A stretch of DNA of 64,000 bases. It comes from Hyphochytrium catenoides (taxonomy: Eukaryota > Protista > Hyphochytriomycota). Position 1 is the first letter of the stretch, and each line of letters begins with the position of its first letter. The stretch is from assembly GCA_900088475.1 (NCBI GenBank), contig FLMG01003815.1, positions 62,001 through 126,000 on the forward strand. Direction: 5' to 3'. The position numbers and the translations under genes were made by a program. Positions 13,506 through 23,921 of this stretch are shown here, piece after piece. Below the pieces are notes generated by a model that saw only the letters and a list, made by a program, of their open reading frames with translations, did not search any database and was not told the origin of the DNA.

Positions 13506-13809
13506 GTCGCACTCTTCACACCTCACACTTCTCCGCAGAGTAGTTTACATATGACACGGCGGGCCGTAATGTGACGCGATGGAAGGATTCCACCAAGGGT
13601 ATAGAAGAGTTCTTTGGGCGTTAGCCACAATGTAAACTGATATATGAGCTTTGGCCTTTCTTTCTCATGTGGTTGCTCCCTCCGCTGCGAGCACTCACTC
13701 CGTCACATTCACTGGACGATGAACAGCAGTCCATCCTTCACGTTAAAAATGGACTGCATAGACGATGAGGATGATGAGCGAAAGTGCCCCATGACTATCA
13801 AATCTGACG

Positions 13810-13870
13810 ATTGAGCAAGATCTGGAGTAAGAGAGCCTCCAGAGTTTGCCTTACTCTAGATCTTGCCAAT
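13810..13870 (+). repeat. 17-21-bp inverted repeat (hairpin)
   Basis: gcaagatctggagtaag (13815-13831) pairs with cttactctagatcttgc (13850-13866) with one G-U. It extends by attg/caat across a one-base bulge. Confidence 0.8.
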
Positions 13871-14163
13871 GAACTCTTCGTTGAGGAGCAGCAGCTTGGC
13901 CTGGATCCTTCTCTTGACAATTACTTGGAAGACAACATGCAGCATGTTTGATTATAATGAAGAGGTCTAGACATGCCTACGAACAGATTGGACGACGGAA
14001 TGCCCTTGTAGTCGGGTCTGGGCCCCTGGGGGTGGCCGCGCTCAAGTTGAACATAGAGAACGAGGAGAAGGAATGAACGAATAGCCCAGCATCGTAGTGA
14101 TGAGATCTGCTGTATTAAATGGGAGCCTCACCCATGGTCTCGCTACCAGGCAAAGCTCTGCCA

Positions 14164-14715
14164 TTACCGGTCGCTTTTTATGTTCCGTGGGTAATCGCCT
14201 TGCTCTTTCCTTTCCGGCTGCCGGTCGAGCTCGTCGTATCCCAAGCCATTCAGAACGATTAGACAGAAACCGTGGCCGAAGGGATCAGACAAGTTGACCA
14301 TGCTTCCCCAACATTCATCTTTCTGGTTGCCCTCAATCTTGGCACCGATCGCGGTGGCTTGTTGGACAGCGAATGGTAGATCTGGCACAACGATATCCAA
14401 GTGCAGTGGTGTCCAATGGCGCTCATAGCTTCGCCGGATTGACGGCATCAAAGGTACAGGGTAGGTCGTACCCGCTGGCATCTCGGCAAGATCCAGACGC
14501 AAACGGTTGTCTTCAGCCACGAGTTCCGCAAAGCCGCCAGCATGTAGCTTGTGCAAGTGGAAAGGAAATGGTTTGCTTGTGTAGAACTGAACGCCGTCTG
14601 TCAATGAAGGCACATCAAGGACAATCCTCCCAGAGGATGATGGTACTGCTGCCGATGTCATGATGATGGTGGTGGTGTCCGGAAAGCACTTAATGAACTT
14701 TATCTGCTGTAACAA
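14164..14715 (-). CDS. VOC / glyoxalase-bleomycin resistance family protein, intronless, bacterial-like
   Basis: Single ORF with IVLDVPSL..GVQFY, RRSYERHWTPLHLDIVVPDL..AVQQA..GAKIEG and WGSMVNLSDPFGHGFCLI..G.GYDE. True start may be MTSAAVP near 14661. Confidence 0.88.
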   Translation of the reverse strand: MLQQIKFIKCFPDTTTIIMTSAAVPSSSGRIVLDVPSLTDGVQFYTSKPFPFHLHKLHAGGFAELVAEDNRLRLDLAEMPAGTTYPVPLMPSIRRSYERHWTPLHLDIVVPDLPFAVQQATAIGAKIEGNQKDECWGSMVNLSDPFGHGFCLIVLNGLGYDELDRQPERKEQGDYPRNIKSDR

Positions 14716-15998
14716 CTAACCTACTCCTATCTTCTCTTGAGCAGAGAAACGGGTTGTTCATTTCCTGTCTCCTCCTCGCTGACTGATATCGTCGCCAGAC
14801 GAGGGCACAAGGCATGATGGCTATACTATTCGTCAAGAGCTGAACAGAATCGCTTTTACTTGCTCTTCAGCCTCGACGGACTTACCTTACTCTTCTTTCT
14901 CTCTTTGAGGACAACTCACTACCTGTACCCCGCATCCAGCTCTGCGTATGAGGTTAATGAGAAGGCTGACATCGCTCCTACGAGTACAAGCTTGCAGGGC
15001 TGAAGCAGGAGGATGGGCGATCGGATGAGGAAGAAGAGGGAGCGACAGCAGTAGAACAGCTGCAGTTTTTACTCGGGAAAGAGGACAAACACCTGCGCCT
15101 GTAAGAATCAATAATCGATTATCATAGCCGGTTATCATGACGGGGTTAAGCAGGGGGGGCGACTGTGACCCCTCTGTAACTTCTTTAGACAGTGAAGACT
15201 GAGCTTGGATGCTGGTGGGGGGGTGTAACGGATAGAGGGGCATACAGGGCCTCCAGGCCTTCTTGTTAGGCTAACCAAAGGGCTAACAAGAGCTCCAGAG
15301 GAGTCACATGAGCTGGTCCATAGCTTGACGGCCATCACCACGGGGCGGCCTCAAACCAACTCTCCAGCTTGTACGAGTACTATTTCCTTCTTCACTCACC
15401 ACCAGCGCGCGGCGGTCGCCGATAATAACGTCACATACTATCAGCAGCGATCAGGACTGCCTGTTGACCAAGAACAAAGGAGAGGAGGGTGTTGACGGGT
15501 AGAGTGTGGTGGGTGGGTGATGAAGAGAAGAAGAAGCGTGATCAATTTAATGGCTGATGGCTGGAGGAAGAATAGAAAGATTGGTTGGTTTCCATCGTGG
15601 GTCGCTAAGGAGGAAAGTGGGAGCGAGGGACGAGAGAAAGGCAGCAGGAGGAGGACGACGGCACTGAGAACGGAGGGCATCTAGTCCCGCTCCAAACAGG
15701 GGCCCTTTGCCAGCGAACGAAGCCTTTGTAGTTTCTATCCTTAAGTGGCATGGATCGGTAGAGCGTAAGCAGGGGGTAGTAGTGTAGTAGCTCAAATCCT
15801 TAAGCGCTTTATCATCCCATGATGAAGGGCCTACTCTTCTGAATGCTCCTATCTTCTTTCTTAAGAGTAGTAGCCTTCATGGGCAACGATTATGCCGCAC
15901 AACAATATTCAATAAGGCAGACCTCTATGCGACAGCCAAGCCAATAGAATGCAAGACAGGCCGAACAGCGAGGAGAATCACAAATTTGCCCTGCCCCT

Positions 15999-18289
15999 GT
16001 GATGGAACCACGCTCCGCGGGAGAGAAGAGCTTGGCCTCTCCCTCCGCCGTCATAGCTCATGGAGGCGATGGAGGGCAGCCCAGCAAGACGGCCAAAAAA
16101 GTTGTTGGCTTGAAAGCCACAGAACTATCAAACAAAGACGTCAAGACTCCGCCAAGAGCTGTTGCTGGTCACGTAGCCGAGAGAGTGCCCCATAATTGTC
16201 CCGTTCTCCCTGGCGATTGGACTATTGCTCCACTCTGGGACACAGAGGAAGAGGAGAGGCTGCAAGCAACTGCAGTAGACTTCACCAAGTCGGTATACAG
16301 TCTGATATACGGACGGCATGCGCAAGAAGAATGGCTGCTCAGCCTACGTCGACGTCCATTCGTGGTTGGACTCTCAGCTCTTGCCTACAACGCGAGCTTT
16401 GGGGCTCTTATTGCTGTCTTCTTTGTTAGGGAGACACAAGGAGTAATCCTCTCTATCTTCGCCTTTCTGGGATCACTGCCCGTCCTCTCAACGTTAGCGC
16501 TGAGCCTAAATCCGATCCTTGTGAAGAAGTTAGTCCAGAAGCCGCAATTCTGGGAGTTTGCGGTGACAGTGGTGGCGTTCTGGGGCACCGTTGGGGTAAT
16601 GCTGGGCGGTTTGCGTGGTGNNNNNNNNNNNNNNNNNNNNNNNNNNNNNNNNNNNNNNNCGGCCCCTTCACCGACGCCTTTCACTTTCACTTTCGCTCGA
16701 AGGCCGATGCCTTTTGGGGCTTCATTGTTGCCATTATCTTGGTTTCTACGGTCGCGATCTCTGTCGTGTTCAAAGGTTTTCGTGGTGGAGTGATGTTGAG
16801 ATGGTCTATTGGCTCTCGGCAGCTGACAGGAGAAGACGTCGTGGTTCAAACCGCAGGCACGGATATCATTTTTATGACAACGTACCTCCTATCCACGTCT
16901 ATTGCACAAAGAATGTTAGAGAGAAGGGTAGCCCGGAGAGGGAGCGGACCACAGCTAAGGAAAACGATCATTCAATGTCCTACACTCCAATGGCCATTGG
17001 TTCTAAAGCCATGGAGGACCATCGACTCATCGCCAGACACCACTCACAAAGAAAACACGGAGAACCATGGCTTGGTTTCTGCGGTTTCGGGTACCGTCAC
17101 GGTGACGAGTGCCACCACTTACGCTGAGGTGCGAGCGAAGAAAAGCACGACGCCACGTAACTTCATGGTCCCGCTTACCATCACAGTGCCCAGAACAGCT
17201 CCCTTGGACTGTAAGCAAACCGTCTTCAGCCATCTTCTCAAAAGTCGAGCTCGAAGGTTGCTGCTATGCCGTCCACAACCAGAGGTGGTGGTGCCCCATG
17301 GAGTGAGAGCTTACACGATGGAAGGCTCCCGCGCTGCTCACCAGATTGGGGCCGTTGTGGACCGAATGCAACGCCGTGATAACAGAGTTGTTACAGCAGT
17401 CCTTCGTCCACTTATACTTTGCGGCGGGGTGGCGTGCTATATCCCCCTGTGCTTTTACTTATGTAGCGCTCGCAAGGAGGCCTCCTCTCAATACCTCTCT
17501 TCGTCCTCATTGGCCTGGCTTTCACCCCTAGCAGCCATTGTGTGCTTTGCCTGGAGCATTGCGTCGTCCTGTTACCTCTCCACAGCATGGAATGTCCAAC
17601 TTGTCCGGTTGACCATTCGAACCTCCTTCGACTTTTGGTTTCTGGCCCTTCAGGCAGTGGCGCTGCTTCTCTCACTGAGCGATGCCTTTGAATACGATGA
17701 GCGTTGTCTTGTCCTTGTAAGCTGGTGCATTCTCTATCTTGGCTGCCTTTTCAACGATGCCATCCTCCCCTGTCTTTCTTCATCATCCAACATAGAGTTA
17801 AAACCTCCTGTAGTCATCTCGAAGCGACTCGTGGGTTTGGCTGTGTTGCTGCCGTTGCTTCTCACACAATGCTGGTTCCTCTATGATCTCATCTACAAAG
17901 ACGGTAGCTTCCGCCTACGTTTTCGCACTTTGGTTGAGATCGCTAAGGACTTTGACAAAGGGGGAGAACGAGGAGGAGACGAAGTCGACAAGGCTAATTT
18001 AAGCCCCTCCGACAGCGCGAGGGCGGAACTGCTGCTAAGATTCAGCACGGACAGCTTCATTATAGCAAGGTTAACTTCCCTCATTATCTTTTCCCTGCCC
18101 CTTCTCTACCATTTAGTTGTCATCTGCTCTGTCTCAGACTCCTCCTCCTCATCAGTAGCCTCTTCCTCTTCTACTACTACTGCTACTCACCAGGGGAAAC
18201 GACTAAAGCCGGAAGGCGGCGGAGAAAGGAGATTGTACTTCCTGAGGGGCGCGGTGTCGTATGAACACCCATGTCCACCACCTTCTTAG
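15999..18289 (+). CDS. Intronless multi-pass membrane protein with two homologous TM repeats (interrupted by N gap 16621-16659)
   Basis: ORFs 15999-16620 and ~16661-18289 both contain long hydrophobic runs, and the frame offset falls at the N gap. Repeated motif: LNPILVKKLVQKPQFW..FTDAF and WNVQLVRLTIRTSFDFWFL..FNDAI. Confidence 0.7.
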
Positions 18290-20133
18290 GTGTTGACGGA
18301 GGTGGTGGTCGCATTATTAGGTTTCGACAACTTCTTATTAAGGCGGTTCGTTCCTCAATGACCCCAAGACTCCTTCTTAAGGCGTCATAAGATCAAGCAC
18401 GAGAAGCCCTCAAGACTGATGAGAAGAACCCGTATAAGCTCCTGCTGCCCCACTACAACTCCCCTATCCAAAGGCGGTGGGATGTAGCGACTGATGCTGT
18501 TCACAATCCCTCCATCACCTTCTCCTCTACCAGAACAACACACTAGGTTGTGGTTCCCGTGTGATCCGAAGACCTAGCGGTAGTCGTGCCTGATGAGTCA
18601 TAATAGTAGCAGAGGGCCGGACTCAACCACCACCGTAGTACCCGGACGAGGCCATGAGTAAGCAGCACTAGAATCTGCACTAGAATCTACTATAACAGAA
18701 AGCATCTGGCCCTTTCCCAAATACTCCTTGGATGGTAGCTTAGTCTATGAGAGCATACTGGAGACAGTCCACAAAGCCCCTCCTCACCATAATAACACAC
18801 ACTTATTAGCTTTAGATTCTTCTGTCGCGAGTACAGTGGGATGATTATTAGGAGAAGCTACCTGCGCTAATAACAACAGCACTCCTCCAAGCTTTGCGTC
18901 CTACGGGATGTTGGCCTTCTTAGACCAGACTAGACCAGTGGAAGAGTGTCCGGAAGCCTCGATCTGACCTCTCAAAGCTTAACTGCAGGCAGCTTTGTAA
19001 AGAGTCAATAATGAAACAGATCATCGCCCCTGTCTTCAGTCGTGAATGAAAGGTCGGAGAGTGTTCATAGAGTGAAACCTCATGGCAAAAGCGGGCCCAC
19101 AAGTCAACAACAGAACCTTGCTTTAGTCCCTTATTAGGCCGTAGAGCTCCCCAACGGCAACTGCGTGACAAATAAGCTTCAGTGTAACAAGAGCAAATGC
19201 TGCTGGCCGCTTCGTGACGATTATGCGACAAGACTGGGGCCAAGTTTGTTGCTGCACTAACCACTCTGCTAGAACAATCTCCCCTTGGCCTTCCAGCACG
19301 CAGTCAAGCATGTGATGATAGGTGATGACGGCTATCTACCATGATGTTCCTTTCGCAGGCAGGCAGCACCAGTTCGGCAGGTTCAGTATCCAAGTCAGGC
19401 AGGGAGGTGATGTTTGAGGTATGAGCTGAACGAGAAGAGAGGAAGACAGGGATTGAAGCGCTCTCTCCCTCTCTTCTCTCTTTCTCTCTGTCTGTCTCTC
19501 TCTTTCTGTCATCAGTCTCCTTGCTCAATGACTCCACTCGTCCCCCTGTAGAACTAGATCTCTCCAATGTTGAATGGTAAGGTAATTTGGTACTTTTTCC
19601 GAATGTAATAATGGGTCCCTCTTACCAGGTCTACTGCCTTACGCACAGCCTGTCAAGATTACTGTGAATTATGGAAGATCCATGTAAAAGAGCCATAGAT
19701 ACCAAAGAGCCAAAACATTCTGACAGGTGCTTTCGAAGCAGTAATCAATTTACAGTGTAAACTTACACGCCAAGAGCAGCACTCCGGTAAAAGGCAATTG
19801 GCTTTGAGAAGTAACTAAGGCACTGTGAATCTCTAGTATGCTTTCCAGCCGTCTCTGCCCAGCCTCACTTGTCAAGCCAGAAATGACGGATTATCGGAGT
19901 ACTGCTCGCCCCATTCATAGATCCCCGTCCAATTGCCGCCACCACTCATCACCACACCGCCAGCTCAAAACTCTGTCGCCCTGCTTGCAGCGCTCCAGAA
20001 GACTGCGCTCAGAATCTTTCCCAGATCTATAGGATCTGTTAGCAGAGGAAGCACTTTCTTCTGGCAGAGACCATCGGCCCTACCCCTCCATCGCGTTCAG
20101 TCTAGAGTGCCATAGGGTTAAAATAAAGGAAAG

Positions 20134-22554
20134 ATGTCACAAGGAGGTCAGTTCTACACACCAACAGTGCACCTCAATTACGAAGGATGGGGCCCAACTA
20201 CCCTCCCTGAGCAGTATATCGATGTTCCGTATGCACCGTTCGGGAAGGGCGACAGGCTAGGGAAGGCTGCAGACTTCACCTCAGGACACTCGTATGGCAG
20301 ATATAGAAGTAAGATTGTGGGACTAGTTCTGTGAGTTTATCCATGGTCCTAAAGCTTGACCCTGTCTACAGCCTATCAGCGCGGACGTGGCGGAGAGCCA
20401 GATGTGAATGCTGAGCTGCAGTACAGATTCGACGTCGCTGAGGATCTAGCATTCCAGCTGGTTGATACCTCTAAGCCTCACAGACCGCGTATTGTCGGAC
20501 GGAAGCCATGGCAGCAGCGAGGCCGGAAGGATCAATTCCAGGGTCGCAACCGCAGACTCCAGCCTGCCGGGGCCCTTGGAAAGCGTCAGCAGGGCAAATA
20601 CGACAAGCTCCGGAAGGGACGTTTTGGAAACCGTCGTCGCGACGACAGGAAGGTGGACAGAGCGGCATCTGTCAAGGTGCAAGCAGACTGGAAGGTCATT
20701 GACCAGTTTGAGCTGCCGCAGCTGCTAAAGCTGCAGGCCAACGACCCGGATGCAGAGGACATGTGAGTGTACCACTATCAACATATTTGCTTGTGTTTTC
20801 TCTCCGCTTCCCGCTCGCGCTTTCAGGCGTTTGTGACAATGCTAAATGGGCAAGTGCTTATCCACGCGAGCGAAGAGTAATATTGGGCCACACTTTACAC
20901 TCCGTTGCTTTCATGATTGGCTGAGTGTCATTACAGTCCACACATTCCTATGTCATCTTACTATCCCTTCCTCCCTCTTAACTCCCAAATGCCTAATAAC
21001 GGCTCTATTGTCTCATTCCTTGACTTGTCTTTTCGTTGCTCCCCCCTCCCCCAACACAGCAAGTGGTGCGGCTACCTTGAGCAGTATGATGACAGTTATG
21101 ACCGACTGTCTGCGAGAACAGAGCGACCTCTTGAGAGGATTGAAAATCGTGAGTTCTACTGTGTCACGACAACCGATGATCCTCAGATTGAGGAGCTGGC
21201 AACCAAGGGAATAGGAAACGTCTTTGCGACGGATGCTATTTTGGCGCACCTCATGGTTTCTCCCCGATCCGTTTACCCATGGGACATAGTTGTTCAAAGA
21301 GTGGGAGACACACTCTTCTTTGACAAGAGGGACAACTCTCAATTTGACTTCCTTACAGTCAACGAAACCGCTACCGAAACTCCTCCTGCCGATGATCCTG
21401 AGTCTATCAACCACCCAGACAAGCTGAGCCTTGAGGCCACGGCCATTAATCAGAACTTCTCTCAGCAAATCCTTCTCTCTTCGGGAGAAAAGAAGGTTTA
21501 CGATGGTCCCAATCCCTTCTACGATGAGGAGGTTGACGAGGTGGAGCCTGCAGCTGTGGCATACCGCTATCGCAAGTGGGATCTTGGCAGTGGCATCAAG
21601 CTAGTATCTCGATGTGAGCTCCACGGTGTCACACAGAAGCGTGGTGTTGAGAATCTCTTCACCGCTTATGCTCTAAACGAGTGGGACTCAAAGCTATCTG
21701 GTAACGATGACTGGAGAAAGAAGATTGACGCTCAGGTAAATAGCTTATTAATGGGCCAGGAACGGGATGTGTTGGTTAAGGTCGGAAGTCCGTATGATCG
21801 TATGAATATATACGCTATGCATAGCCTTTGTGATGATATCGTGATGAAAATAGCTGACGGACAGCGGCCATCAATGGCGGCCATCGTAGTGACTTTCCAG
21901 ACTTGCTTACCTCTTATTCTAACTCGTTGTCATTCGCCGTCTACAAATACAGAGAGGTGCTGTGTTGGCAACTGAGTTGAAGAATAACTCGAACAAGCTT
22001 GCTAAGTGGACAGCTCAGAGCATACTGGCCGAAGCTGATCAAATGCTCATCGGGTTCGTCTCACGGAGATCGCCAGGCGACGCTTTCAACCATTCAGTTA
22101 TTGGCACACAAATGTACAAACCCAGAGATTTTGCTCAGCAGATTAACCTCAGTTTTAATAATATGTGGGGCATCATCAAGGTAAGGTTCACAATGGGGCG
22201 AATAGGAGCAACCTTTGGCTCTTTCCTTTTGAGCCGTCGTCTTTCTGCGTCCATTACTTGGTGCCCTTCCCTCTCTTCCCGTCTTTGTATCCGGTTGCCG
22301 CACTTGCCGGTTGCCGCACTTGCCTGGTCTTCCTCGTGATTTCGTTGGGGTTCGATCGCTCATTTGAGAGAGACCTGGTATCCCCGGGCTAACATGTTGT
22401 TTGCCTCCAGATGCTTTGTGAGAGGTTCATGGAGCTCCCTGAAGGGAAGTACGTCATCATGAGAGACCCCAACAAGCCAGTTGTGAGAATTTATTCCGTG
22501 CCGCCAAATACCTTTGAAGACGAGGATGAGGAGAGCGATGAAGAGGAAGAATAG
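20134..22554 (+). CDS. EIF3D: Eukaryotic translation initiation factor 3 subunit D (5 exons)
   Basis: [91 protein letters not shown] and [17 protein letters not shown], ending in an acidic tail. Confidence 0.97.
20808..20947 (+). ncRNA. Intronic box H/ACA snoRNA candidate in eIF3d intron 2
   Basis: Hairpin 1 (cgctcgcg 20812-20819 / cgcgagcg 20865-20872), H box AGAGTA at 20874-20879, hairpin 2 (tgggc/gtcca and acactc/gagtgt), ACA at 20942-20944. Both hairpins have an internal pocket 13-14 nt from the following box. Confidence 0.75.
21788..21862 (+). ncRNA. Intronic box C/D snoRNA candidate (U54/SNORD54-like guide) in eIF3d intron 3
   Basis: Terminal stem gtccg/cggac, imperfect C box ATGATCG, C' GTGATGA and D box CTGA (21854-21857). 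Guide ATATACGCTAT is complementary to the conserved 18S segment AUAGCGUAUAU. Confidence 0.65.
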
Positions 22555-23156
22555 TCACAAAGCTGTCGTAAGGAGCTGCAGAACCATTGTGGCGTTAGAG
22601 TTAAGCTTCACAGTGGAGCGTATAAAGAGATTGGCGTTAAAAACATGAGTTCCCACGTAGTTGATGTGCAAGCTCAACCTCGGTTAAGCAGCAGCATGAG
22701 TTACAAATAATCCCTTTTTAGAACATCTGCCTTTCGAATGCTCGATGGCACCACGTGGTTCTTCGGCTTCGATTTGCACGAGCCAGTCCTTCTAAATGCG
22801 TTGTCCCCGTCACTGTTTGGTCCTGACATTTGCTCACGAGCTCTAGATGGCCGTACTGCCATTTCGCATCTATGCTAATGTCTTACTACGTTTTTAGAAA
22901 GAAACAAGGTATCACAACGCACGGCCTCATAACTGCGCCCCCTACTAATAGCAGACGTGAGACTTTCAATGAGGTGAGAAGCGTTCAATCCCATTCCGGG
23001 GACAAAGAATGACCCATGGGCATGCTTGGAGCTACGTGCTAGGAGTAAAAATAGCGGCTATATTTCCTGATTGCTTATAAGTCCTTATGTACTCGCCAAA
23101 TTATATCTTCACACTTGAAGGTGATCCCTTCCCCAATGTTTGAACCTGCATACGCT

Positions 23157-23921
23157 TTAACCCTTCTTCTGGAGAGTGGCAGAGAGCCAGTCCAGACCCT
23201 CATAAAGTCCATCACCCGTCGTAGCGCAGCATGCCTGGATGAACCACTGGCGCTGTCTCAGACCATGGAGGCCAAGCTTGTCAGTCATTTCGGCTGCGCT
23301 CATTGCATTTGGCAGATCCTGCTTGTTGGCAAATACTAGTAGAATGGCTTCCCGAAGTTCGTCCTCGTTCAGCATGCGGTGAAGCTCATCACGAGCTGCA
23401 AAAAGCACCATAAGATCAGGGGCTCATATCTATACAATCACCAACAACAGGGGCACGGCTTACCAGCATCGATACGATCTCTATCATTGGAGTCTACCAC
23501 GAAAATCAGTCCCTGTGTGTTCTGATAGTAGTGTCTCCAGAGAGGTCTGATCTTGTCCTGTCCCCCAACGTCCCACACGGTGAAGCTAATGTTCTTGTAC
23601 TCTACAGTCTCAACGTTGAATCCTAAGGAAGAAGAAAAGAAGTAAGACTCTAGCCCCAAACAGGAGACCTAGGGAGATTGACATCATCAGTTTGGCCACC
23701 AATAGATCCAATAACTTGAAATGACAACTTGTTCTGATAAGCCACGGTACTATCGAGCTAGATAGGCACATACCAATGGTAGGAATCGTGGTGACAACCT
23801 CGCCCAGCTTCAGCTTATACAAGATCGTGGTCTTTCCTGCAGCATCCAGCCCCACCATAAGGATACGCATCTCTTTCTTCCCAAACATGCGCTCCCATAT
23901 TCTTGAGAATGTAAGACCCAT
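23157..23921 (-). CDS. ARF1: ADP-ribosylation factor 1 (3 exons)
   Basis: [56 protein letters not shown] and [16 protein letters not shown]. Confidence 0.98.

Noticed and set aside
18590-18655. ctgatgagtc...gacgagg resembling a hammerhead ribozyme core
   Set aside because: It lacks the GAAA core and the closing stems I and III.
18920-19567. Short minus-strand ORFs in the 18.3-20.1 kb gap
   Set aside because: They have no family motifs and are partly low-complexity CT sequence, so a gene call cannot be supported.
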